Shown here in pieces: positions 51,880 through 63,590 of a stretch of 64,000 nt of DNA. The DNA comes from Marsupella aquatica. Taxonomy: Eukaryota; Plantae; Marchantiophyta. The stretch spans positions 12,378,828 through 12,442,827 of the forward strand of contig OZ316894.1 of the NCBI GenBank assembly GCA_973895155.1, given 5' to 3'. Position 1 is the stretch's first letter. Every line of letters starts with the position of its first letter. The position numbers were made by a program, and so were the translations under genes. The notes under the pieces were generated by a model. It saw only the letters and a list, made by a program, of their open reading frames with translations, made no database searches and was not told where the DNA came from.

Positions 51880-52890
51880 TACCAGTGTCAAACTCCCTTT
51901 ACATGCCTTATGATGAATGACACCACGTAGGGTTGAACACAAGAAATCTTCACACACGATTATTTTGGCTTGTCATAACTTCGTGGGCATCACGGGTGTA
52001 GGCGAAACGAATCCTTGTCTTGTGAGAACGATTGAGAGCTACTTTTGTGTGAGCGGGCACTGCGTGAAGAGTATATGTCTAGACCGAGTCATGTCCTTTT
52101 AAATTTCATGAAATGGTAGCTCGTTACTCCTCAGTCAAAAGAAATAGAGACTTTTGGCACCCATGTCGTTTTAAGTTTCAGCCTCCGAGGAAACTACATG
52201 TGTAGAAATTCGAATTCATATTAATGGGAAAGATCCCTGCACTTCTGTCACAATAGCATGTAGCCCCTCAACATGGGTTTCTTGTCTTCTGATACTCTCA
52301 CATCACAGTGCTATCGAAACTGATTGCAAGGATGCTTGATAGAGAGTCGACGATTAGTAAATGCCAACCGTGTTGAAGTTGTATACTTAATCCCACTATG
52401 TTTCCAATGCGAAGTCGATCGAAACATGTGTTTTCCTACACTAATAACGAGAATGAGGGTCACAGGAGAATCAACAGTGCACTCGGGAATCCTCTCCTCT
52501 TATCAATCGGACAAGTTCCATGTAAAAGCCTTATTCAGGATCAAACCAACCTTAGACTTCTTAATCTATATGACAATAGTCAACATAATTCATCAAAGCC
52601 TGGGTTTCAGGGCATACTGAATGCTCAAAGACACTACTTTGAGCCAAAATTGTTATTTGCAATGACACCTAGTGCTAGATAAAAGACCTGTTCAAAGTCC
52701 CCAAAAGAACCTTTGGCACTAGCTTACCAGAGTCTGCCGAGTACATCTAGTCGTCCCATGATTAAGAACGCTGCCCTTCTCTATATCAGTATGATACATC
52801 TGGATTCTCGAAGTCCTGAATTTGCAAATGACGTTTCCGCATCACGGAATTATTGGCATGGACATGTGTTCTTGGAGGCAGTTGTCTGTG

Positions 52891-55800
52891 TCAATGTGGC
52901 CAAACTTTCGAGCCCCTGACCCCCCGTTTCCAATCTGCTAAGGCTGACATGTCTTCAGAATCAATCCAGTTGAACTCCATCTGCGTACGGTGAGAAATAC
53001 ACGCAAACATCAATATTTCCATGTGGGCATCAGACATTAAAAACCTAGTGTAGATACTGGAAGCAGCAAACAAGCAAGAAGTAGTGCATACTATACCTGA
53101 TTCACGATCACCAGGTCACCCTCTCGAATTCCCTTCTCTCTAAGGGATTTATTGACTCCACTGGCACTCAAGACACGCTGGAATCTCCGTACTGATTCAA
53201 AGTACCTGAAAGACACAGTGAATATTTAGTTCTGTGCAGAGAGCTTGAATCCAGAGTCTAGTGTGGAGGATGTTATCACATATAAGCTAGAATTGCGATA
53301 ATTTGTACTAGTCTGTTCCAAGCAATCAAGTACATCTGAAGTCGAGAAGAATCTCAACTTTGCAATGTGCAGAGATAGAAAAGGAGAAAACTCACTCCCA
53401 GTTCGTCATTTGCGTGAAACGCTCCAAGCCTGCGCCGATTACTCGCCAGGTTCTCGTATGTTTGTCTACGTCGATTGTGAATTCCTCAATAGGTGCACTC
53501 CGCTGCTTCCTTACCATCTCGGCCACTGCCATAGTTTTGGGCCCTTCTGCACAACATGCCAATGCCACGCACAGTAGGTCACTAACAGAAGAAGAAAAAC
53601 TTCTTATGCTGTCGCCACCCTTATGATGCGTAGTCCCGGATTTTTGAAGTCTTACCTTCAATGTAATTCCCCAAACCAGATTCTTTCTGCTCCTTCAAGA
53701 GTGTATGAGCAGCCGACATTACATCTGATGAGCCTTGTCCTGTAGCGGCACTCATACAAAATGGCCTTATGCCTTTGGACTGAAGGCTTTGCTGAAAGTT
53801 GTCCCATCGATCAGCAGCTTCAGGAATGTCCATCTTATTGTAAGCTACTACAAACGGCTTCTCCGAAAGAATAGGGTTGAAGAGTTGGAGTTCCAATCGC
53901 ACTGCTTCAAACTCTTCCACTGGCTGTGAACTCATGCCATCTATAACATGCACCTGTAATCGAGAGAAACCATTCAAGGCTTTAGTCTGCTCACATTATC
54001 GGCGAATATACGTTAACCACGAATGCCACTGGTTGAATAATCTTATCAAGAGAAGACCACGAAGTCCGCGGAAACCTCGACCAAACACTATAAAGGAAGT
54101 TGACGACAGTTAACTGTAATGGGCACACATTTCGGAGACGTTTAGGAGGGCCGGAAGGTCAGAGATGGTACCAAAACTCTACAACGTTCTGTGTGCCGTA
54201 GAAATTCATGACCCAGCCCAAGGCCAGTGTGCGCACCCTCCAGTAAACCGGGTAGATCTGCGACCACCATTGTTGCATCGTAGTCCAGTGCCACCACGCC
54301 CAAGTTGGGTAGAAGTGTTGTGAAGGGATAATTGGCAATCTCAGGCTTGGCTGCAGAGACAGCACTGAGCAATGTGCTTTTTCCAGCATTGGGCACGCCC
54401 ACTATTCCGACATCTGCGACAAGCTTCAGCTCCAGTTCGATCCACCTATTCGACATCTCCACCATGTTATAGTCATGATAAGACATACTACTACTGGCGA
54501 ACGAGTTTGTTAGTTTCCCATCTCTGTGTCGGACCTTTGTAGGCGCTGACCCTCTTCCAAAATCCAGCACTGACATTCTCCTCTATCCCAGATGACTCAT
54601 TTTACAATAAAAACGAGGAGAGAGTCTCAAGCAAGATTCTCTTTTTACACCTCAGTTCTATACGACAAACACATTTTCCCTTCACAAATGTTGCAAGCTC
54701 CTTGAAAGTTGTCACACATCCTAGTTTTGGTACATAAACCCTAAACCCCTTAAACCTCATAATGTTGCACTCTGAAGAAAAGGCACGTACATTTCTGCAC
54801 CTTGTTCACCTAATTCAGCCAATTGAGGTGCATTGTTGCGACCCGTCTTGAAAGCTGCGTTGCCCCGCCCACCAGCCCCACCAGGTAGAAGCATTTCACA
54901 CTGCCCAGGTTTTATCAGCTCCAAAAGAACCTCTCCGTCCGGCCCGGCCTCTTTGATCACCGTTCCCGGAGGCACCTTCACAGTGATATCGGTCCCAACG
55001 GCTCCTTCTTTCCGTTTACCACCCCCGTGCGCACCTCTTCCTGCTCGGAAATGAACTGCCTTTCTAAACGGAAGGAGAGAGTTCATCGACGAGTCTGCTT
55101 CAACATAAACTTGCCCTCCTCTACCTCCGTTTCCACCAAAAGGTCCTCCGAAAGGAACAAACTTTTCTCTCCTAAAAGCCACCACACCATTTCCCCCATC
55201 ACCTGCCTTCACGTAAATTTTAGCCCTGTCAAAGCACCGCATCACTGCAGGCACTCCTCTGTCCTCCTTGACTTCCACTTCATCCTCATCCTCATCCCGA
55301 CCATCTAATTCCCAGACGTCTTGCCACTGATGTCTACGTCGCAGAATTTTGCTTTCAACGTGAATTTCATCGGAGCCGCTAGTTTGCCGCTGTTCCCCAC
55401 CTAGGGATTCGAATTCCCCTTCATCATCATCTGCTTCTGAGAAGTTTTCTACCTCCTCTGATTTCAATTCTGCGACAGAAGCTGTAAAATGTGTAATTTC
55501 CCCTTCTTCTTTTCCAAGATCCTCCTCCATTTTTTGGACAAGCGCCTTCAAATCCGCAAGCTTTCGCTCCTTTTGAGCTCGTTCCGAATCTATAACAGTT
55601 TCTCCTGCAATTAAGTCTAAATCAGGGTCTTTGGCAGCATCCCCTAATGTCTCCAGCTCCGCCAGCTCCCTCTCTGCTTCCTGCAGAAGGAGCTCCTCCT
55701 CCTCAGGGGTCATTGGGGGTAAATCCCCTTCCCAATACTCAACTTCCTCTTCCTCGTCCTCCTCTTCGTCCTCGTCGTCATCGAGCCCTACCTCTACCCA

Positions 55801-56595
55801 CTCTTCAAAATCGTCCTCAGCGCTGGAGAATGAACCGTCATTAGCCGTACGTGAGATAAATTCGTCTTGCCTGTGCTCTACTTTCCTAGTTACAGTGTGC
55901 TCCACTACGGTAGAGCTTCCTGTGCCATTATTTCTAGAATTTAAACCTCGTCGGGACACTGCACTTCCATTGTTCACGGTGGCCGCAGTCTTGCTCTCCT
56001 TCCCACTTTCTGCATTCCGAACCACGAGCTTCGAGAAACCATTCAAAAGAGAAATTTCGTTCAAGCTCGGAGGAGCTCTACCATTAGAATAAGTTTCTCG
56101 AAAGCCATCCCCCCTCAAGGAAAGATTAGGGATCGGATGATACTCCTCGTCTATAGGTTGAAGCGCAGACACGGAGATTGCCCCGCCGTCCCCGTTCGCA
56201 ACCAGAAGTGCCACATTACCATCCTCTTCACCATCCTGCTTCCTAGAACCCTCCTCCGCAACAGATACTTGTCCTCTGCTCTTCCGGAGCAATTCCTCCT
56301 TTCTTACAGCGAACTCCTTCTGCTTTTGCTCATTGCTTTTCCCTGCTAGCCTTCGTTTGCCGCTGCCGCGCCCATTGACCTTACAGACGGTGGTGGTGGT
56401 GATGCCACAGCCTGCTTTTCGTGACGAAATGAATCGCACAGGAGCAGGAGGAGGAGCAGGGCTAGCTCCACCTGGGATGTCTACTCCACGAGAAAACACA
56501 GAAGCAACCCCGAATGGTTTACAAAATTCGCTGCGGCTGCTGCTGTCCAACAGAGCGCCTACTCGCATAGAGCTTCCAAGACTGGACAGCTCCAT
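52891..56595 (-). CDS. OBGC: Plastid Obg/CgtA GTPase (ObgC), ~908 aa; exons 56595-54791, 54445-54172, 53953-53656, 53546-53396, 53205-53097, 52980-52891
   Basis: Obg fold ([35 protein letters not shown]), G1 GVPNAGKS, G2 YPFTT, G3 DLPG, G4 NKMD and an Obg C-terminal domain (GAGLERF). Transit-peptide-like N-terminus. 2727 nt in frame. Confidence 0.95.
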
Positions 56596-56908
56596 CGAAG
56601 CTGATGAACTTCACTGCGATTCCTCAAATCTCGAGCACTCCATCACCTTCATCCCCGCATTGCAAATTTCACTCGAAGCTTGCCCAGATGAAGCTCACGG
56701 AGAAAAGTTCACCGAAAGGAGAGGGGGTCCAGCGACACAGATGAGATGCAACAAGAGCACTACACTCGTTTGCAATTTTGTGCCAACAGGACGAAAGGCT
56801 GACAATTTATTACTGTGGAGTAATGGATAAGGCTGTAAAAGCGTTGAGCCGACTCTACCACGAGACTATGTATATAGTTAAGGTCGCCGGGTGTCTCTTT
56901 ATGAGTTA

Positions 56909-57920
56909 CTAGCTCAATACCTGTGCGTTGCACAAAAGAAGTCGTGTCGGCCAAGATGTCGTGTCGATCAAGAGGTCGTTGAGAGAAAAGATGTAGTGTC
57001 GGCCAAGAGGTAGTGGAAAGAAAAGATGTTGTGTCGGCCAAGAGGTCGCGGAGAGAAAAGATATTGTGTGGGCCAAGAGGTCGTTGAGAGAAAAGAAGTC
57101 GTTGAGAAAAAAAGATGGCCAAGAGGTTGTTGAGAGAAAAGAAGTCATTGAGAAAAAAATATGTCATGTCGGGCAAGAGGTCGTTGAGAAAAAATATGTC
57201 GTCTTGGCCAAGAAGTCGTTGAGAAAAAAGATGTCATGTTAGCCAAGATGTCGTCAAGAAAAAAATTGTCATGTCGGCCAAGATGTCGTTGAGAAAAAAT
57301 ATGTCGTGTCGGCAAAGACATCATTGAGGGAAAAAATGTCGTGTCAGCCAAGACATCGTTGAGGGAAAATACCCGTGCATTGCACAAAAGATGTCTTTGA
57401 AGTCATTTTGCCAAAGAAGTCATTTTGCCAAAGATGTCGTGAAGTAAAAGATGTTATAAAGAAAAAAAAAGGTGTCGTTTCATCCAAGTTGTCATTATGT
57501 GAAAGATATTATGAAGTAAAAAGTCAAGGAGAGAAGGAGCAAGTCTTTTTCTTTGTTTGTTTTTTTTACCCAAAATGCCCTTGCATTTGAATGACGACCA
57601 CTGGCGCAATGTTATATTATTGGTTTCAGGTTTAAGGTTTTAGGGTTTAGCAAAGATGACCATTCTATCGCTATCCTTTCAATCCCCGTGCGTTGCATAA
57701 AAGATGTTGTTTGGTTAAAGATGTTGTTGAGAAATAGCTCATGGTGCAAAAGATATCGTTCAATAAAAAATTGCACAAAACTTTTTGTTGAGTGAAAGAT
57801 ATCATTGTGCAAAATACTGGCCACGGCAGCCACAAAAGTTCCCTTTTTCTTTTTCCTCCTTGCACAAAAAAATTCTTTGAATAAACGATGTCATTGCACA
57901 AACCACTGGCTATGACAACC
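56909..57920 (-). mobile_element. Helitron-like 3' end with internal ~33-35-bp tandem array
   Basis: Minus strand has a TGTGC-AAC-GCACA hairpin 9 nt before CTAG|T at 56909. About 12-13 degenerate units AAAGATGTCGTGTCGGCCAAGAGGTCGTTGAGA fill 56935-57365. The terminus motif recurs at about 57370 and 57685. The 5' end was not identified. Confidence 0.65.
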
Positions 57921-58232
57921 ACAAAAGTATAATGAGAGGTGCTTTTTTTCCCCCTTTTTAACTTTTTTCCTCTTATGTTCCTTTTAAACCTTAACCTCTC
58001 CCTTTTCCCCATTTCACCATCACTCCACTCGCTCGCCGCCCCCTCCCTCCCCACCCATGTGCGACTGGAGCCCTTCGAGGGTCTGCCCTACATTGCCAGT
58101 GTGCCCCTCGCCCGACACCTTGCCATCAACGTCCGTCCATGTCATGCGTTTTACTATGTCTTTGGGCCTTATTACTTTTGTTTTTTGGCATTGAAAATGA
58201 TAGTGCAAATGACTCTAAAAATCACCACAAAT

Positions 58233-58624
58233 CCCGGTTTAACCTGACGGGCACTTTGACGCATTGCCGAGCATGTCAAATTGTCAAATGACGGCCCAAA
58301 AACGACCAATTTGACGGATATTCAATAAGATTCTCTCGAACTCACCCGAACCCGAACCCCGGACCGCCTCTCCCCGCCCGGACCCTGAATCCGAACTTCC
58401 CCCCTGGACCGCCCCCGAACTCAAACCTGAACCCGGACCGCCCCCCAAGACCCCCCTGAACCCCCCCCCCCCCGGAGCGCCCCCGAACCCAAATCCCCCC
58501 GAACCCAAACCCACCCCCCAAAACCCGAACCCACCCACCCCCCCGGACTACTCCCGAGCCCGGGTGCCAGGTTGCCGATTTGCCGGCCGTTTTCGCACAG
58601 TTTGACGGGCAAGGTCAAACCGGG
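58233..58624. mobile_element. GC-rich non-autonomous TIR DNA transposon with 8-bp TSD
   Basis: CCACAAAT|CCCGGTTTAACCT ... AGGTCAAACCGGG|CCACAAAT: 13-bp TIR with 1 mismatch and a perfect 8-bp duplication. Internal CCCGAA/CCCGGA repeats and TGACG(G) subterminal motifs. Confidence 0.82.
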
Positions 58625-60754
58625 CCACAAATATTGGGAGAACAATTTTTTATTGATCAAGTGACTAAAATGTTATTAGTAATTAAACTCCTCTTACCAC
58701 TATTATACAAAATTATGTCACACATAATATTGAATATGTAGAATACTCTGAGTATGTACAATACGGATCATGGAGGCCTGGAGGGAGTATCCTCCTTGAT
58801 CCTCGTGCATTGATTCTCATGCATTAATTAAAGTCTTTCACTTTTTGGGGTTGTCTGGTGTGATTATTTGGCTTGTCTTGGACAATGGTGTAACTTTTTG
58901 TGTCACACTAAACTCAATTCACACTTAGATTTTATTACTTACCTTTGATTACATTTTTCAATTTTTATGCCCTGCAAATTTGAATGACGACCACTCTAAA
59001 AAGTGGCGCAACTGTGTATTATACTTTAGGATTTTGGTCGACCGTATATGGTCGACCCGCGTACGCGGGGAGACATATGCGGGAGACCAAATACACGCAT
59101 AAAGAGACGAGCAGGCGCCCTTAGCTTCACGTTAAGGTAGTCTAGGTGGTTCAACACTGATTAATCAACTTTGGGAAGGCACCTTACTACATTCTATCAC
59201 TGACCCATGTAATGGAGATCGTATGTCAACTGTATAAATATATGGCATAGTTTAATGGAAAATAATCAAAGTGAAATATGCTAACGTGTCATCAGCCTAA
59301 AGCCCCAAAATACTAATTAGTTCGTGGACCCTTATCTGTTTTGATTGTATGTGAGGTATGTGTTGGACAATATGTGAAATAGATATGCCAGTGGGATCGC
59401 TCATCGCTAAAGCAGATGGAATGGAAATAGTTGAATCATTGGTGACCGCCAGTCTCTCGGCAATCAGAGCTCTCACTGAGGACTAGGGTGATTTCCTCAA
59501 GAGAGAATATTGTTTGTTAGCCATGACTGAGAATTGCGCTTCTGACTGCCTCTCGTGCGCGGATGAACTTGACCTTCCGCTAAAGAAAGAGAAAAAAAAA
59601 AGTCAATCTTGCTTTGCACTATCGCGTAGGAGAAACAAATAAAGCTTAGATTCGGACTCACTTCAATGGTTATTCAGGTTCGCGCGGAGCATGTAGCATG
59701 TCATTCCAGTGCTTTGTTTGTCTCATAGTCGATCGTTCTTCCTTCTGGACCTGTGCTTATGAGTTCTACTCGTTTTTCTTCTTCCTGCCCCAATCGTTTG
59801 TCAGTGATCTTGTCTGCTTCTGCTTTTGTTGAGTGTTTCCCAGGCTCTTGTTTCAAAGCCTTCGGGTACAAGTCTTTCAGGTTCAATTCTTGCGATCCTT
59901 CTGCGCTTCCCGATTCTTGTTGTTGGAGACGTCGAGAGTTCAACTAAGTGCCTTGAGTTCTATCCTTATGAAGTCGCTCGATTCTTTCCTTATGAAGTCG
60001 CTCGAGTTCCTCTTATCAATTCTCTATTTGGTTTGCTGTCCTTATGGATCCCTCCATGTCTGAAGATCGTATTTGTCGTCCCATTCATGCATCATTTTCG
60101 TTCATGAATAGCACCTTCCTCTAATCCCCCCTCCCATCCTTTCTGTCGACTACACTCTTTGATTGTCTGTGCTTTGCTCTGTTTTGTTCTCGTCGTCATT
60201 TGGAGTAGATTGTATTGCCACTACTGGATCGGGAAAGAGGACATTCTAGGATGGGGAGGTGTTCGTGTCGACCGTTTTGCTCACTATTGAATCGGTGACC
60301 ATGTGGGCAGTCGGTTACTAGGGCCCAAGATTTAATTACGGAATTGAAACACAATTCACAAAAAAGGGTGGGCAGTTGGTTACTAAGGGTAAATAAAACC
60401 AAGGGTGGGCCTACTACTAACTGAACAGCGGGTAAATAAAACGGTTATTTTTGAAATAAATTTACGTCATCTTTTACGGCATGGCGTTCTTAATTTTACC
60501 AAAAATTTGCAGCAAACATGAAAGGTGACATAATTTCATTGTGGAAACCAGTCCGTTCCTGTTTGCAGCGCGCCATGATGATGTGGCGTGCTGTGGAGCC
60601 AGGAATTTTGGAAGGGACCTCTAGTGGGGTCCGTAAAAACCACCCAGACTACCTTAACGAGAGTGTCACTTGTCCCCGTCGGCCTCTAATCTATAATGAG
60701 CGAACGCTCATTATATGAATGTTACAGTAGTAGGCCCTGTACGCCTCTAATGTA

Positions 60755-61256
60755 TCTATCTATTCCTATCTTACTAATAAATCTTATTATAAAAGCGCCA
60801 ACCCAGGTCTACTTTTAAGAGCCTAGGTCCTCTAGACAATAATTCTATGGTATCATGTGCATGGAAGAAAAACTGGTTTTAAGAGCCTAGGTCTAGAGTG
60901 AAGACTCTAGACAATAATTCTATGGTATCATGTGCATGGAAGAAAAACTGGTGACATGACTATGATATATGTCAACTAGTACATGCAAGTTTTTTGTGAT
61001 AATTTTTAAGTATTTACATTCAAAAAATATGGGCACTATGGCCCCACCACAACATATGTGCATAGAAGATGTATGTGCATACAAAAAGAGTGATGTACAC
61101 ATAAAGGAAAATGGTATATTATATATGATTATTAAAATGATGGGTTTTTTAATTGTTTCATTAACCTTCAAAGAATATGAATAGAGAATATATTTTGATA
61201 CTATTTTTATTGTCCTCTCCGCTATTCACGTTCAAAGAACGGGTAGTCGGGGCTAG
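60755..61256 (+). mobile_element. non-autonomous Helitron-like element, copy 2
   Basis: A|TC start, hairpin CGTTC-AAA-GAACG, CTAG|T end. Collinear with 38655-39113. Internal ~70-bp duplication at 60813-60950. Confidence 0.8.
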
Positions 61257-61763
61257 TAGGAAACTGAATCTAGACTTGGGGCTTAGCCTTCTTGACTGAC
61301 ATAAGAGAGAGCCTCAAAGTTTCCAAATTAGGGATGATGACTTTCAATCATATAGGAAAGGTCATAACTTTCACAGAGGTTGTGTAAAAGTTTTTTCTTT
61401 TCACTGTTAGACTTTACTCTTACTAATGGTCATGTCATAAAACCAATCTTTATGGCAAAAAGTTATCAACTATGAATACCCTCCATAGTTTTTTGTGTCC
61501 ATAACCCATAACTACAGAAGTAAGGTCCGTCCATCAAATGCTCAGCTTTGAGATGCCCTAATATCCCACCCTTCTATCCATTCACATACATTGTGGTGGA
61601 GCCCTAGAGTCGTGGTCTAGAGGCTTCACTCTAGAAGCCTACAGTTGACCCCAACTCTAGCTTCTTATTGCAATTAGTTATATAGATGGGCTACATCCGC
61701 TAGTGTATGATCAGATCTAGTTTAGAACAAAAACTTTTGCTGCCACTAATGCCTCTAGATTTA

Positions 61764-62052
61764 GAGTTGACTTGCACGTGGGCAGCCCTTTGTTTTGTGG
61801 CCCTCAAATGAATAGATGGCATGAGCTGATTGATCAAGATTTTCAAGCCTACACCGCCTCCTCAGACAGGCCTAATAGCACCTCTCCCGGCATGGAGAAC
61901 CAAGGGCAAAGACAGGAAACTTCCTGGCCTTTGAGTTCCTGACCTGTGATCTAAATAAAACAAAATGATGCAGGGCCACAAAAGCTAGTGGAAGCAAATT
62001 TGGGAGAACTCAGGGCCTCAAAAGAACAGGCCCCTTACCTGCAAGTTGGCTC
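61764..62052. mobile_element. Tourist-like MITE (family X, copy 1)
   Basis: TTA|GAGTTGACTTGCA ... TGCAAGTTGGCTC|TTA; collinear with 62325-62624. Confidence 0.8.
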
Positions 62053-62324
62053 TTATCATTGATTACACATGTAGTGAATATTTCAATGGATCAACTCTAG
62101 TCAATGCAATTTTGTGTTGACAGTGGACTTTGCATCCAGGGTCATGGCTTGCAAATATTCTGCTGCAATGTGCAGCAGAGGACTGTCTCATGTCCCCATA
62201 GCCTCCCGAAGGAGGGTTCCATAGTGTTCCATGCTTTATGGTTCTTATGTCCCCATTGTGAGAACAGCTTGACTCAACTATATCCACATCCTGGCAGAGA
62301 GCTCCGCCACCATTGATCTACTAA

Positions 62325-62624
62325 GAGCCAACTTGCACTTTGGCAGACCTTTGTTTTTGGGCCCTTAACTCAACAGATGGCATTTAAACATTGGATGAGA
62401 ATTTGATGTCTTAGGGCCCTCATTCAGCAGACAAAATATATAGTGGATAACCAAGGGCAAAGGCCAGAAACTTTCTGACCTTTGAATTCCTGACTTAGTT
62501 ATGAAATCAAAATAATACACATGAGGCAAGCCCAGTAAAGGTAGGCCCATTGACTCCTAGGAGCAGCAAATTAGGGAGAAGTCAGGGCCTCAAAAGAAAG
62601 GGCAACTTACATGCAAGATGGCTC
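62325..62624. mobile_element. Tourist-like MITE (family X, copy 2)
   Basis: TAA|GAGCCAACTTGCA ... TGCAAGATGGCTC|TAA. Confidence 0.82.
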
Positions 62625-62639
62625 TAAATGTGAGGCTTA

Positions 62640-63124
62640 GAGCATTCCCACCAGTCACAGGGAATGCCCAGCCAGGGAGGACTTTAGCCTGACTGGCTGG
62701 AGAATCTGGTCCTGAAAATGCTCTACATTTCTCACATTGAGCCAGAACTTGCCAGTTTGAGCATGCAGGAGGGTTGGCCGCCCAACCTTGCCAAACACAG
62801 CAAGGACACCAATTGCAAGACATATGGACTGGTGCAATTGAATTGACAAAAGACCATCACAATACATTGCATGTTGCACATAAGGTGGGGAGCATGTTGC
62901 ACATGGGGTGGGCTTGCTGGAAGGGTGCAATACGCCACCAATGATCTGGTTTGCCATTCAACTTGCAACTCGGCAGTTAACCAGTTCTAAATGGCGCCAT
63001 TCAACTTGCTACTCAGGCAGTTAACCAGTCCTAAATGGTTTCCTAAATGGAGTGAGAGGTGAAAATGCTCTACATTTCTTACATGTAGTCGACTATAAAT
63101 ACACTAGACCCCATGGGAATGCTC
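62640..63124. mobile_element. Tourist-like MITE (family Y)
   Basis: TTA|GAGCATTCCCA ... TGGGAATGCTC|TAA: perfect 11-bp TIR with TWA flanks (the two flanks differ at one base). Confidence 0.72.
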
Positions 63125-63392
63125 TAAGCAAGCTCGTCAGTTGACGGTGGTCATGAGACCCATATCTCAACCGCCCCTTCCCTAATGAGGGTGGATACGG
63201 CTCCACGGAACCGCACTCTTTGCCGTTCAATTCGTCTCTTCTCTACTCTTCTCTACTCTTCTCTTGATTACGTCGAGCAAATACATATCTTTGCTCCTTC
63301 GTTCAAAAACAGGAGCGAGAAGAAGTGAATCGGATTACGGCAAGCGAGAGAAACAGAGTGGGAGGGAGGCGACGGGAGATTAAGGTGGAGCC

Positions 63393-63590
63393 ATGGCAGC
63401 TTACAGTCAGTCCTGCTTTCTGCGAGGTCCTGCTTTTGCCCTCGATTTGTCTAGCAGCAACGGACTGAGAGCAGCGAAGAAGTTGTCGAGCAAGCGCCAA
63501 GTTGCGGGGAATCGTCGTGCCATCTCGGCTCGTCCATTGTCTTCTTCGCCTGCCCGTGCTGCTGTGTTGGGCCCCATCGTTGAGCATCTA
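63393..63590 (+). CDS. first coding exon of a probable plastid-targeted protein (rest beyond window)
   Basis: Strong start context GCCATGG; MAAYSQS... is Ser/Arg/Ala-rich and acid-poor, like a transit peptide. Donor GTAAGT at 63591 (phase 0). Product not identifiable. Confidence 0.65.

Noticed and set aside
53775-53786. TTGGACTGAAGG matching the 5' 12 nt of miR319 (possible target site in ObgC)
   Set aside because: The remaining positions are mostly mismatched and no precursor hairpin was seen; most likely chance.
56935-57365. Regular repeat array as a possible CRISPR
   Set aside because: Units are degenerate and contiguous with no unique spacers, there are no cas genes, and the context is a plant nuclear genome. 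It is a minisatellite. The same applies to 45815-46016.
58284-58660. Gly-rich minus-strand ORFs
   Set aside because: They are translation artefacts of the CCCGAA/CCCGGA repeats inside the TIR element.
33143-63590. Clustering of organelle-targeted genes (Trx-o, APO, ObgC, last exon) as a functional cluster
   Set aside because: The families are unrelated, orientations are mixed and such genes are common, so there is no evidence of co-regulation.
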